Positions 10,701 to 22,523 of a stretch of 64,000 nt of DNA are shown here, piece by piece. Position numbers and translations under genes: made by a program. The stretch comes from Raillietiella orientalis (taxonomy: Eukaryota), in NCBI GenBank assembly GCA_036172245.1, contig JAYWIR010000016.1, positions 1,178,001 to 1,242,000 of the forward strand. Direction: 5' to 3'. Each line of letters starts with the position of its first letter. Positions within the stretch are counted from its first letter, which is position 1. The notes beneath the pieces were generated by a model. That model searched no databases and was not told the origin of the DNA. It saw only the letters and a program-made list of their open reading frames with translations.

Positions 10701-13700
10701 ACTGACCCCACCGTGGCGTTGGGTTCCGAATTTCTCCTGCAATGGCGCTGGTTGGCCGAGGCATTCGGGCGTGGCACCGGCGGTGGATAAAGCCGGAGGC
10801 CCCCGATGAAGGCCGGAACAATGGGAAATTGACCTTCGGGTCTTCTCAGGAATGAAGGAGTGGGGAGTTCCCCCTCCTGTCGTACAACGTAGAGCTGTTC
10901 CCCCCACCGGGGACCCCTCCGGTTTCAAGATGGAGCAGGAGCCCTCACGGGCACCTCTCCAGTTGTTCAAAGGAGCGGACCCCCGCAACAGGGGTCCCTC
11001 CGAGTCGTCGCCTCTTCACAGAGTGCAAGGAAGCAAGCGAAAACGATCCCCCTGCGGGAAGCTGCAGCGCCCCCTCTGAATTTCGGAAGCGTCCCTTCGG
11101 GGTTCTCTTCAGAGGAGTGAACAGGAGCGGATCCTTTCCGGGTTCCCTTCGGAGAAGATGAAATGGAGAAGACCACCCCCCTCTTGGGGGGTCCCTCCGG
11201 AGAGAATGAGGGAGGAGATTCCCTTCGGGGTTCCTCTTCGGAGACAACCGGGATGGGAGGTGCGATTCCCCCCATCCGGGGGGGATCCCTCCCCAAGCGT
11301 GAGAGGAACGGACTCCGAGCCCTTACTGGATTCATAGGGCGGACCCCCATCCCGGGTGCTCCCTATCCTGAAGAATTACACGCTTCCCCTGCAGGTTGCC
11401 GCAGGCGGAGAGGCGTGGAAACAAAACAGTGTGTTTGAAAGAGCTTCGTGCGCCACGAGGCACGCGACCGGCTCTGAGGTACTTAGCGAACCAAAACACA
11501 CACAAAAAAAGAAAGCTCCCAAGAACGGGCGGCTTCTTCGGATCTTGCCGGGTGCTTTCCCCTGTAGATTTTCCGAGTCAGATTTCTCATGCGTCCTGAA
11601 GTCCTGAAGGTGAGGAAACGTTGACGTGGCGGGAGAGCACACATCTGCCGTGTCTTTGTCGCGTGTGCTCGCATGTGGCAGAAGAGTGCTGGGGGCGTTC
11701 CCAGCATCGCAGACGAGCCTGGTCTCTTATCCCGGCGGACGCAGCTTCGCGAACTCTCCCCTTTCCGTTCTCGGGAAATTTCCAAGCAGCGTCCGGATAA
11801 AATCAGGATGGACCCGGCGAGGAGAACGAGTCCGCGGAATGAGGTGCCGCGAGTCCCCGCACGCGGGGAGAAGACGTCCTTCGCTTCGCAATGGACTCCG
11901 GAGCTGCTGGTGCGTCACACCTGAGACGCGCGCCCTAAAGGGAGAGAAGCGTGATAGGAGGCTGCGAACGCCGCGCCTCTGGCGGACGGAACTCTTAGGT
12001 ATCGCCCAATCGGCAGAGTCGCTGCCTCACGGGACGCAGAGCTCCGAGGGATGCCGAGAAAAACCGGTACCACCCATCGGTCACCCTGCGGCTCCCTTTT
12101 CTCCTTACACGGAATGCCGCCCTTCGCATTCCTGGAGAGCTTCTTTCGGGGGTCCGTTTCCTGCAGAGGAAACGGACGCCTACAGCCTCCCTTCTGGGAA
12201 AGAAGGAGGCTCTGGGCCTGCGGGGAATCCCGGAAGAAGGGCGTGTGGACTTGCGCTCAGCTGTTCTCGAAGACCTCAGTTCCCGTCGGAGGTGCCCCGA
12301 CAGGAGATTCTCGATCGGCAGGTGTCACCTGCCCCTCCCCTATTCCTCCTCCTCCTTTTCGCCAGAGACCCTGGACGGGGGGAGGGCGGCAGAGAAGGAG
12401 GGGAAGCATGGGCGACATCTACATGTCCCCCTCTCCGGCAGTCTTCTCCTTACGTTTCCCTTAGGAATTTCAGAACCTGCCGTTCCAGAACCCCTCGGGG
12501 GACTCGCAGAGGCTCTTCCCTACTCCCCGAGACGCGACCCGGGTCTCCGTTCAGAGCTAGCTCTATGGGGAGATGGGAAGGAGTCGGAGCTGGACTCGCT
12601 GGACGATTCCCAGAATCAGAACCTTCCCTCTTCCTCCGGGAGCTCCTCCCCATCCCCGAGAGCGCTTCTGCTGCTGCTGCCTGGCGACAGTTCTCTTCTC
12701 CCCCTAGGCGCTACATGGTCGTGGCTTCGCGTCTGGTGCGTCCGGGGAACGTGTACCGCGTCGTGGTGACGCTGCTAGACATCGAGCAGACACTGGACGT
12801 GAGGGTTTCCATCCTTAAGGACGGCGAAGAGGTCATCAACGCCATCGAGGTCATGGATCCCGGTAGCACGAAGACGTTCCTCCTGAAGGTAGGAGGGGAG
12901 CCTCTCCGGCGGCGCCTCTTCCTCCTCGCCCCTTCCCCTCCTTCCTTTCCTCCCCTTTTTCAGATCCCGGCCACCAGCGTGTCCGGCAGGTACCGCCTGA
13001 AGATGGAGGGGAACAAAGTCGGGAGCTTCGGCGGGACGGTCTTCTCCAACGACACCGACCTGCACTTCTCCTCCCGCTTCCTCACGGTGCTCTTCCAGAC
13101 GAACCGCCCCGTGTACAACAGCGGGCAGATGGGTGAGTGCGGGACGAGGGATGCGTCTCCCTACCTCGCCCTTTCCCCCCTCCGTTCAGTGCGCTTCCGG
13201 GTGATGTTCCTGACGACTGCGCTGAAGCCGTTCGGAGACCCCGTCGACGTCTTCATACTGGTAGGGCAAACCCCATACCGCCGAGCGGGGGAGACCCTCC
13301 TGCTTTTTCCCGTTTTTTCCAGGACCCTTCCGGCTTCGTGATGACGAGGTGGCCTTCGCGACAGACGCAAAACGGTACGTTCTTCCCCTCTCTCCTCCCC
13401 GTGCAGGCGCTCGCCACCCCCCCGCTCGCGGACGGGAAGAGCACGTCCGGGAAGCCCGGTCTCTCTGCTCGCTGTTGGGCGGGACAGGACGCAGCACCGG
13501 AGGGCACCCGAACCTCCTCCCTCCCTCGCGTCCTCGGACAAGTCCCCTCTAGGTGGCGTCCCTCAGCGAGGGCACCCGCGGCTCCCTTGAGCAGGACGCT
13601 CGCTTCCCTTTGCCAGTAGGTGTCGTCGTCGTCCCGCAGCTGCTGGGTGCTCCCGAGGGTTCGGCGGCGCGCTGCCTGCCGTGCGGCGGGCACCCGGATC

Positions 13701-16700
13701 TCCCACGAGGAAGAAGGGTGTTCCGCGCACCCTTGCGGACCCACTCCGAGCAGCGATCCCTGCTACGGGGAAAGGGGGATCCGACACTCGCCCTCCAGCC
13801 GGAAGCGGTTCGACCACGAATTTTTTCTCTCCTTTCCTGGTCCTCTTCCCAACCCCGGCGCAGCACCTCCGCAGCGACCCGTTGCTGCGCAGCTTCCTCT
13901 CCCCTCCCTCCCCCTCCCATCCATTGCTCCGAGAGGCGCGCGCGTGCTGCCGCGGAGGAAGGCGCGCAGTGACTCCGGCAGGATGCTTCCTGCAGGCAGA
14001 GGAGCAAAATGGACTGCCTGGCGATCACTGAAGAAGGTCGGAGCTCTCCCGTCTCGTGTGGCCTCTTCCGAAGGGATCGCGCGGGACGAGAAAGCTTCTC
14101 CGGGAGAGCTTCTCTCACCCTTTGCGCGGGTCTTCGCTGTTCGTCGCCCCTCCTACTAGAGCGCGGACTTTCCAGCTCTTCCTCCTGGGCGACGGAGGTG
14201 AAGGAGCGCCTCCAGTCACCGTCTTTCTTCCGCGCTTACTTCCCCCTTACCTTCTCTCTCTGACTCTTTCACCTCTGGACCGGAGGTCCTTCCCTCCAGG
14301 GATAGTGAGCCTGTCGTACAAACTTCCCGAGTTCCCGAAGCTAGGCACCTGGAAGATCAGGGTCGTCGCGCACAACCAGGAAGAGGAGCATTCCTTTAGC
14401 GTGGAACGGTACTTCCAGCCGCGGTTCGAGGTAGGTCATCTTCCCCGGGAAGGTCGATCAGAGCCCTCCCATCCCACCTCGAAGGTCTTCGTGAGGATGC
14501 CGATGTACCTGCTGGAGACCGACGAAAAGATCGTGGGGGAGGTGCATGCCAACTACACCAACTTCCGTACCGTGACGGGCAACTGCACGCTGAGAGTGTT
14601 TTCGAGGGACCAGCGCCAGGGGGCGTCGCGCCCGCAGCTCGTCCGGCAGCTCGACGTGCGTCGCGTGAGTCCTCTGCCCACCGGGCGGCACTCACTGACC
14701 TCTCCTCCTCCTCCTTCCCCCTTCTCCCTGGACGCCCGCCGCGGAGCAGTTCGACGGCACGTACCGCTTCGAGCTGGACGCCACCGAGATCTTCCGCTCC
14801 CTGCCCGGGGGCAGCGTGGACGGTGACGAGATCCGTGTGGAGGCGGAGGTCTTCGACTTCTTCCTGCAGATCAAGAGGAGCGGCTTCTCGGCCGCCAGGG
14901 TCGTCAACGGCTCCATCAGCCTGCGCTTCCTAGGGTCGTCCCCTTTCGTCTTCCGCCCCGGGTTCCCGTTCGACGCCCACGCTGTGGTCTCCTACCACGA
15001 CCTACAGCCCTTGCCCCCTCCCATGCTGCGCCACTCCACCCTGTGGGTCAGCGTTCTCGCCTCGGGGGCCAGCAGCAGCGCGGTTCCCACGCAGCAGCTG
15101 CCCATCGGCAAGAGCGGCGTGACGCGCATCCGATTCACCGTCCCGGAGAGGACCACCCTGCTCCGAGTGAAGGCCCGGTTCGTCGGCCCTCAGGGCGAGA
15201 GCGCCGAGAGCGACCTCATTGCCATCCCGCACCAGTCACTGCGGGACCAGCACCTGCGCCTGGAGAGCAGCACGGGAGAGGCACGCGTGGGTCAGTACGT
15301 CGTTCTGCACGCTAGGGCCGACTTCCGACTGCCCAGCTTCCAGTTCGTGGTGAGTGCATCATCCCGCCTCTCCCACCCCCTGCCTCTCGCCATTTGGAGA
15401 GGGAAGGAGGGACGGCCGATTTCTCCCTCCGCTCCTTCTCTGAGTCCGCCTTCCGAGATCCCCCTTTCCCCCATCTCCCACTCGTTTTGCGATCCTCACC
15501 CGCCTGAGACCTACCCGTTGGAGGCGTCCTTCTTCCCGAGGGGATGGGATGGACAGGGCATAAGGGAGCGGAGGCGAGCACCGGCGGAGGCTGCTCCCGT
15601 CCGTTCCCGAAGAGGTGCTCGTGCATCTCACCGAAAAGTAGGGAAGAGGGGAGTGGAGAAGGGAAAAGTGCGGCTCCGGGGTCTTCCGAAAACGCTTCCC
15701 ATTTTTCTGGTCTTCCGTTTTGATCCCGAAGGGTCTCCTCCCGACTGGTCCCTCGGGAGGGGGGCGCCGTGGGTAATGTTTCTTTTCCCACGTCCCGGCG
15801 CGGTTTCTTGTCCCCTCCCGTTTTTCATCTTCTTTCTCCGGGTGTCTCATCCTCCCTCTCTTTGTCTCCACTTGGCCGCGTGCGTTTCTGCGGTACTCGG
15901 TACCCTCACTGCCCCGGGAGAATGGAGGGAAATGCGTTCCCCTTCCCGTTCCTCCGCCGTCGAAGGCACTTCCCCCCCCCCCCGGTGCCCTGGAATGATT
16001 CAGGAAGCGATCCCCTCCCCTCCCCCCTTCTCCTTCCAGGTCGTGTCCAAGGGGATGGTGGTGTACTCGGGAGAGGAGCACGTGAAGGAGGTCAACGTCC
16101 CCACCATAGCAACCTTCGCGATCCCGGTCTCATCGGAGATGACCCCCACCTTCTCTGTGGTCATTTATTACGTGACCCTTTTGGGAGAACTCCTGGCCGA
16201 CAGTCTGACCGTCCCGGTGAACACTCTGAGCCGACACAAGGTGAGAGGGAAGTTTGCCCGGGAGGAAGGACCAGGGAAGCGGAGGGGATGATAGGTTGGT
16301 CCAGAGACCGACCTCCCACGTTCTCTCTCTCTCTTCCCCTCCCCCATCCCCTTTCCTTATCCTCGACCCACCCCGTCTCCCTTCGTGCCCTCGCAGGTCA
16401 CCTTCTCCGTAAACAATGCCAAGGACCACTTGATGAGAACCCTGGAGCTGCGAGTGGGTGGCGAGACGGGGGCCTACTTCTGTGTGTCGGCCCTCCGGTC
16501 GGAGACCTTCGCCATGCAGGCTGGACACGAGTTGTCCCTGGCAACCGTCCTGGAGAAGCTGGGGTCCCTGGACCACTCTGCCCGTCCCGCAAGCAGGGCC
16601 TCCTTCCGCTCCCGGTCGGGCGGCTTCAGCAACACGTCGTACTACTCGTCCCAGAACTACGGGCCCGACGCCAACAGGACCTTCGACTTCCTCAACCTGG

Positions 16701-17838
16701 TGGTCTTCACCGACGCGCTCGTGCACCTCGCGGCGCCCCCTCCAGGTGACCTTTGCAGGCAAAGGGGGAGTGGACGCTGTACCCGCCACCGCCGCGTCCC
16801 CTCCCCCCTTTCCCGTCTCTCTTCCCCCATTTCTTTTACGCGGTTTCTCCCCTTCCCCCCCTCCTTTTTCTCATGTGCCTGTGTCCCGCAGACCGGTGCC
16901 CGGACCCGGACCTCCTGCAGTGCATTTCCGACGGCTGCTACAGGAAGAGCCAGAGGTGCGACGGCCGCTTCGACTGCCCGGACCGCTCGGACGAATCCCA
17001 GTGTGAGTCCCCGTGGAAAAGGGGGGAGCGAGGCATGTTCTTTGCTCTCCTTTCCGGAGGGAGCAGCTGCGCCGCCTCGTTTTTACCCTCTACTTCTCCC
17101 CCCTCTCATTTTCCCCGTTTCCTTCTCATCCCTGTTCTGCGGAAACAGGCGTCCTGACCCTCCCAGCTGGCGCTCGCACCTGGGGATTGACCAGCGGAAG
17201 CTGCGCGAGGATGCGATCGCGAGCTTGGCCGAGCAATCACATCTGCAGGTCCATCAGAGTAAGGATCGACCCTCTCTCCCAACCCTTATCCTTCCTGCAA
17301 CTGAGGGATCCCTGCAGCTTCCCGGTGCTAAGCCGGAAGGTGTTCGCAGGCCACATCAAGGATCGCGTCGGCTCTTTTCCTCCCATTCCTGCAGGGGGCA
17401 CACCATTGCCCCAGGCATGGAATGTTCCTTTCTTTCCTCCTCCTTATCGCCGTCTGCCTTTTTTTCCCTGAGGGTGTGTCCTTTCCCACGCGACTCTTCC
17501 GTGACTTACCGTCCCACTCTGTATCTGGCAGCATTCCAAGGAGAGGGAGGAATGGTGCCCAAGGGCGAGGAAAAACTTTACTGACTTTCTTCCCGATCTC
17601 CGGGAGGCAGCCTCCTCCCCTTCTTGCCATCTCCGTCCCTCGGGCTCAGGTGGAGGAGGGAAGCTGGAATAAGAGAGTTCATGATCAAGACTTTCTCGAG
17701 CCATGAACAGGACACCTTAGATTACCCCTGGGATGGTCAGGTTTGAAGAGCGCATCGTGCTCATGTTTCCACATGTGTGCGTGCGTCCCTCACTGCGTCT
17801 CCAAGGACTCCCCTCCCGTCGTCTGCTCCGTCGGCCGC

Positions 17839-17897
<59 letters not shown>

Positions 17898-20800
17898 GGG
17901 GGGGGAGGTAGGGAGGTGCGCGCGCACAGGGACCACCGATGTGCACGCGTTCCTATTCCTGGTCGCAGCCGACCCATTAGCGGCTTTCCCCCAGGTGAGG
18001 AGAGCTCTTGGGACCACGTGAATTTTCGACTCAACCGGGAGAACCGCCTGCAGAGATTCTACGACGAACTGGAAGGGGACTGGGCGTGGCAAGAAGTGAC
18101 CAGCTACGGGTACGAGATCTTCAAAGTTCATCTGCCAAAGAGGCCGACTCTGTGGATGTTGAACGTCTTCGCTATCGGGAAGGAGACAGGCCTCGGGGTG
18201 ATCGACGCCCCCGTTTCGGTGAGACGCGGGAGGGTCTTCGTCGGAGGGAGGGAAAAACCTACCTCTGCTCCCTCCTTCTCCTCCCCCTCCCCTCCTCCCG
18301 GCCTTGTTCTCCCCCCTCCTCCTCGCCCTTGCAGTTTGATAGCACCCGGCCGTTCTTCATGACCGTGGAAGCGACGACCAAGTGTAGGCAGTGGGAGCAG
18401 CTGTCCATCCGCATCTGCATGTTCAACAACCAGCTCCGGGAAGTTGAAGCCATGGTCGTGCTCCCCGGGTCCCCGGACTACCTCTTCGTCCACGTGGAGG
18501 AGTACGGGAAGGTGAACACCTACCGTCCCAGAACTTCGAGGGGGGACCACCAGCACCTGGTCTGGGTAAGAGGCGGCTCCATCCCTGCGGGGCAGCTCAG
18601 CTCTTGCTGCTATCCCCCATTTCACCCCCAGATACGGCCCCAGGATAGCGTGGAGGTGTACTTCCCCATCGTCCCCACCCGGAAGGGAGACATCCCGATC
18701 ACCGTCCACGCATTCACCCAGAACGGGCGGGACAACGAGTCCTTCGTCGTCACGGTCGAGGTAGGTCGAGGTCTTCCGACGGCGCCTCAAGGGTGGTCAC
18801 TTGTGTCTTCCGGTGGCAGTCGGAAGGCGCTCCTTTCCCAAGGCACACCTCAGTGCTCCTGGACCTGAAGAGCCGAGCCACGGTTTACGAGTTCCTGGAC
18901 ATCTCTGTGGAGGAATCCCCCGAGGTGCCTTACCAGAAATGGCGCCGCTACATCTATGGGACGCCTCAAGGGCACATCTCCGTGTTCGGTGAGGTCTTCC
19001 GCCCCATTTCACTCACTCCTCATTTCGGTCTCCCTTGCGGTTAAAGGGGACGTCGTGGGTCCTGCCTTCCCCACCGTTCCAGTCACCTCGGCGTCGCTGC
19101 TGAACAGGGAAGGAGCGTCAGCCGACCTGGCCATCTTCGACTTCGCCGCCAACATTGGGACACTGCACTACCAGCGCAAGACGAACCAGCTGGACTGGTC
19201 GCTGGCCAAGAAGATCTTCGTGTCTCTGAACGAGCAGTACGCCGCCATCATGGCCTTCCGGCGGGAGTCGGGGGCGTTCAGCATGTGGATCGGAGGAGAA
19301 CCCAGTGTGTGGTGAGGAAGCCGCAGAATGAAGGGCGGAGCGTTGCATCGCTCAACCACCACCTTCTCGACCCCTCCAGGGTCACCTCGCTCGCCCTGCA
19401 GGTGCTGGAGGACGCCGAGTTCCAGGACTGGGAGAACCTGCTGTACGTCGACCGTACCATGATGGCGTCGGCCGCAGAGTGGTTGCTGTCGTTCCAGACA
19501 TCTCTGGGGTCGTTCCAGGAAACCGCCCACTACCCGCACCCTCTCGATTCCCAAATGAAGGTGGGTTCATCTTCCTTCTCGTCATCCACTGCTCTCCCTC
19601 CGGGCTGTTTTCCTTCCAGTCCACCCTGCAGCACGGCCGCTTGAGGAACATCAGCCTCACTGCTCACGTGCTTATCACGCTGCACCTGCTGCAGGAGTCG
19701 CTCCCAGGCGACCTTCAGTCCAAGGCAACCAATGCCAAGATAGCCGCGACCACCTACCTGGTGCGCCATCTCAACTTCCTGGTTGATCCCCTGGAGGTGG
19801 CCATAGTGACCTACGCCCTCACTCTTTTGAAGAGCGTGGAGAAAGACGTCGCGTTCAACCTGCTTGACGGGATGAAGAGGGAACAAGGTGAGCAAGGGTG
19901 TTCGTTCCCTGGAAGGGGGGACTGACCTCCGCCCATCCCAAGATGGGAAGGTGTACTGGTCCGAGAAGCCCATAAAGGTCAACCCCATTAAGTACGAGAC
20001 GCACTCCCGCCCTTTCCTGCTCCCGAAAGAAGACCAGGAGAAGGACGCCCAAGCGATCAGTTGGGTTCCGTGGGAGGGGGAGGGAGAAAAGAGCACTGGA
20101 GATCACCGCGTTTCTCATTTTAGCTGCCACCTCCTACGCCCTCCTGGTGTACCTCATACGGGAAGGAGTGACAGGAAGCCAGGAACGCATCGTGGACTGG
20201 CTGTGCTCCATGAGGAAGAGGGACGGAGGATTCGACTCCACCCACGTCCGTCAAGAGACCCTAGAGGGAGGGGCGGACGGAGTTGACCTGATCTTCCTTG
20301 TTTCAGGACACCATCGTTGCGTGGCGCGCCCTGACGGAGTATTCGTTCCGGGCCCAAATAAGGGACATCACCAACATGCAAGTGACCTTCGAGATCTCGT
20401 CCGTGACCAACGAATCCCACACCGTCCAGCTGACCACTAGAAACCTGGCGACCTTGCAGTCTATCAATGTAAGGTGGTGGCCCTCTATTCCTTCTTCCCT
20501 TCCCCCCCCCATTCGTTCTCCTCCATCTCCTTCCCCATTTTTTCTTGCCTTTTCCACCACCACTATCTACGCTCTCCTTCCTCTTCCCTTTCCAATGTGA
20601 GTGTGTGTGTGTGTTTTTCTACAGATCAAGAACGTGTGGGGTCACGTGAACGTCATTGCTCGAGGCGCAGGACAAGCGGTCGTGCAGCTGGACGTCGTCT
20701 ACGGGGTGGACCTTCCTGCACTTGTTCACCAGCCCCCCGCGCCCTTCTTCGACCTGAACGTGAACGCCAGGTTCAGCGGCAGGAACTCTTCCATCATCGA

Positions 20801-21489
20801 CGTCACGTCCTGTCAGAGGTCGGTTTCCACCCCACCCGACCCCTTGGAACTTGCTCCTCATCTTTCCCTTTTATTCCTGAAGATGGAAGAACTTGCAGGA
20901 GTCGCCGGCCAGCGGCGCGGTTGTTCTGGAAATCGACGTCCCTTCCGGCTACCGCGTCCTGCAGGACGAACTGGAAAGCGTCATCTCCAGGACGCCGGTG
21001 CCGCAGCTCCGGTGGGGGTACGCCGCCCAGACGAGGACCATTTTCTACTTCGATCACGTGAGGCGACCCTCCCCCCTCGCGTGGCACGCGGCCTTCGAGC
21101 GCGCTCTTTCCTTGCAGCTGGACGAAAACCGGACGTGTCTGGTGTATCGGCTGCGCAGGTGGAACCCGGTCGCCAACCTGACGCGGTTCATTAGCGCCAA
21201 GGTGTACGAAGCCTTCGCTCCAGGTATTGCTCACGAAGAGATGGAGGCCTTCCACCCACCTTCCCTCTCTTCCTGCTACCCTCGCATTGTCTTTCCAGAG
21301 CGTTTCAACCTCACCCTCTTCGACACGTTCGACCTGTCCGTCCTCAACGTGTGCGAGGTGTGCGGGTCCTACCAGTGCCCCTACTGCCCCATCTTCAGCC
21401 GAGCCGCCCGCCTCCTCCTTTCCTCCTACCTCCTGTTCGCGTTCTCCCTGGCGACGATCTCCGTCTGGCAGTGGCACATCTCCCGGTGA
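7726..21489 (+). CDS. Mcr: Macroglobulin complement-related (Mcr/TEP6-like, alpha-2-macroglobulin/CD109 family), ~25 exons
   Basis: Signal-peptide-like exon 7726-7919 (MRALLICVLLQC...RQA) splices in phase 2 to 12708 (RYMVVASRLVRPG). Later exons give QTNRPVYNSGQ, GTWKIRV, PRFEV, an LDLa module at 16892-17002 (CDGRFDCPDRSDESQC), SPDYLFVHVEEYGKVNTYRPRTSRGDHQ, GDVVGPAFPTVPV, RNISLTAHVLITL, NVCEVCGSYQCPYCP and a hydrophobic C-terminus; stop 21487-21489. All introns GT-AG. Orthologue versus paralogue not resolved. Confidence 0.92.
10620..11360 (+). mobile_element. tRNA-derived SINE-like element in Mcr intron 1 (diverged copy)
   Basis: gcgtcacgggttcgaatac and gcgttgggttccgaatt T-arm-like motifs, then ggcgctggttggcc body and ccCTTCGgggttcctCTTCGgaga tail shared with 36085-36760. 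Confidence 0.6.
17841..17895. repeat. (TG)n microsatellite in Mcr intron
   Basis: Uninterrupted TG run of about 27 units. Confidence 0.98.
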
Positions 21490-22523
21490 CGGTCTCCAAG
21501 ATCTCTCCGCCGTCTCGTCCTGCCGGGTGGCTCCAAAGGGAAGGAAGAGTGCTGCGGACCTCTCTTGGTGTCGTCGCCGCAGGAAAGGCCCACCGGGAAA
21601 AGTCATCCTCGCTCTCGACCGGGACTCCTTCCCAGTTTTCCCCCAAAAGGCGTCCGGGAGACGGGTGAGAATCCTCCTTCCGCCACCTCTCCTCCAGCGA
21701 TCCGCTCGGCTGCACCACTTCCCGTACTCCGACACTCCTTCCCGTCATCTCGCCTGGTCTCCTGGTTCCTGCTGGGTCTGCGGTCCGGTGAGCTTCCAGG
21801 AGGAAGCTGCGTGGCCCGCGCTTCAGAGGAAAGGAGAGGGAAAGCGTCATCTTCGGCCTCGCCTCGTGCGCGAGGGGCGGAGGCCGCGGCGGGTCGCTCT
21901 CTCCCCCCCTTCCCCTCCGACGGCAGGAGTGCAGCTCAAGAGGCGTCCCTTGTTTCCGGATTCCTCCTCCAGTGAGTCGTCTTGCCCCCTGTGCACTCTG
22001 CGCGGAGCTGGCAGCGGCTCAGTCTCGAGGGACTCCGGCGGGGTCGCTTCGGTCGATGCTCCTTCCACCCGGGGGCGGGAACTCTCCGGAGCCGAGAGAG
22101 TGTTCTCACCCCATCTGCCCACCCTCTTCCACCCTCCGGCGGAGACCTTGGCGATGGCGACGCTTCCACCTGTCCGTGGCCCTCCCTCCCTCTACGAGCA
22201 TCCATCGGGATTCCTCCTGGCCTCCAGTTCGGGGGTGGGTGCTCTCCCTGTCCTCATCCCCAGCCACATCAAGCGAATGGCCCTCCCTCCGTGTTTCCCG
22301 GGAAGCTCGAAGCGAATCTTCCCCCTCTCCTACGTGTCCGCGGAAATACACGTCGATAGGATCAAACAGAGAGCGAGGCGAGCTGGCAGGGTGTCTTAGG
22401 TGATTCCTGGAACTCGGCTGCCCAAAAGGAAGGAAAGAAATCCATAAGAAGCTGCGGCTGCCTCTCGCGAGGGTGCGGGGCCCGCAGGTCAGATCCGACG
22501 AAGCTTAGAGGCTTCGGGGTTGT

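Noticed and set aside
11626..13341. 571-aa ORF as a single protein
   Set aside because: Only 12708 onward is Mcr-like; the rest is intron and SINE-tail sequence left open by GC-rich composition.
4308..21489. Non-canonical splicing or recoding
   Set aside because: All reconstructed introns are GT-AG and frames join without recoding; only the TDH start is unresolved.
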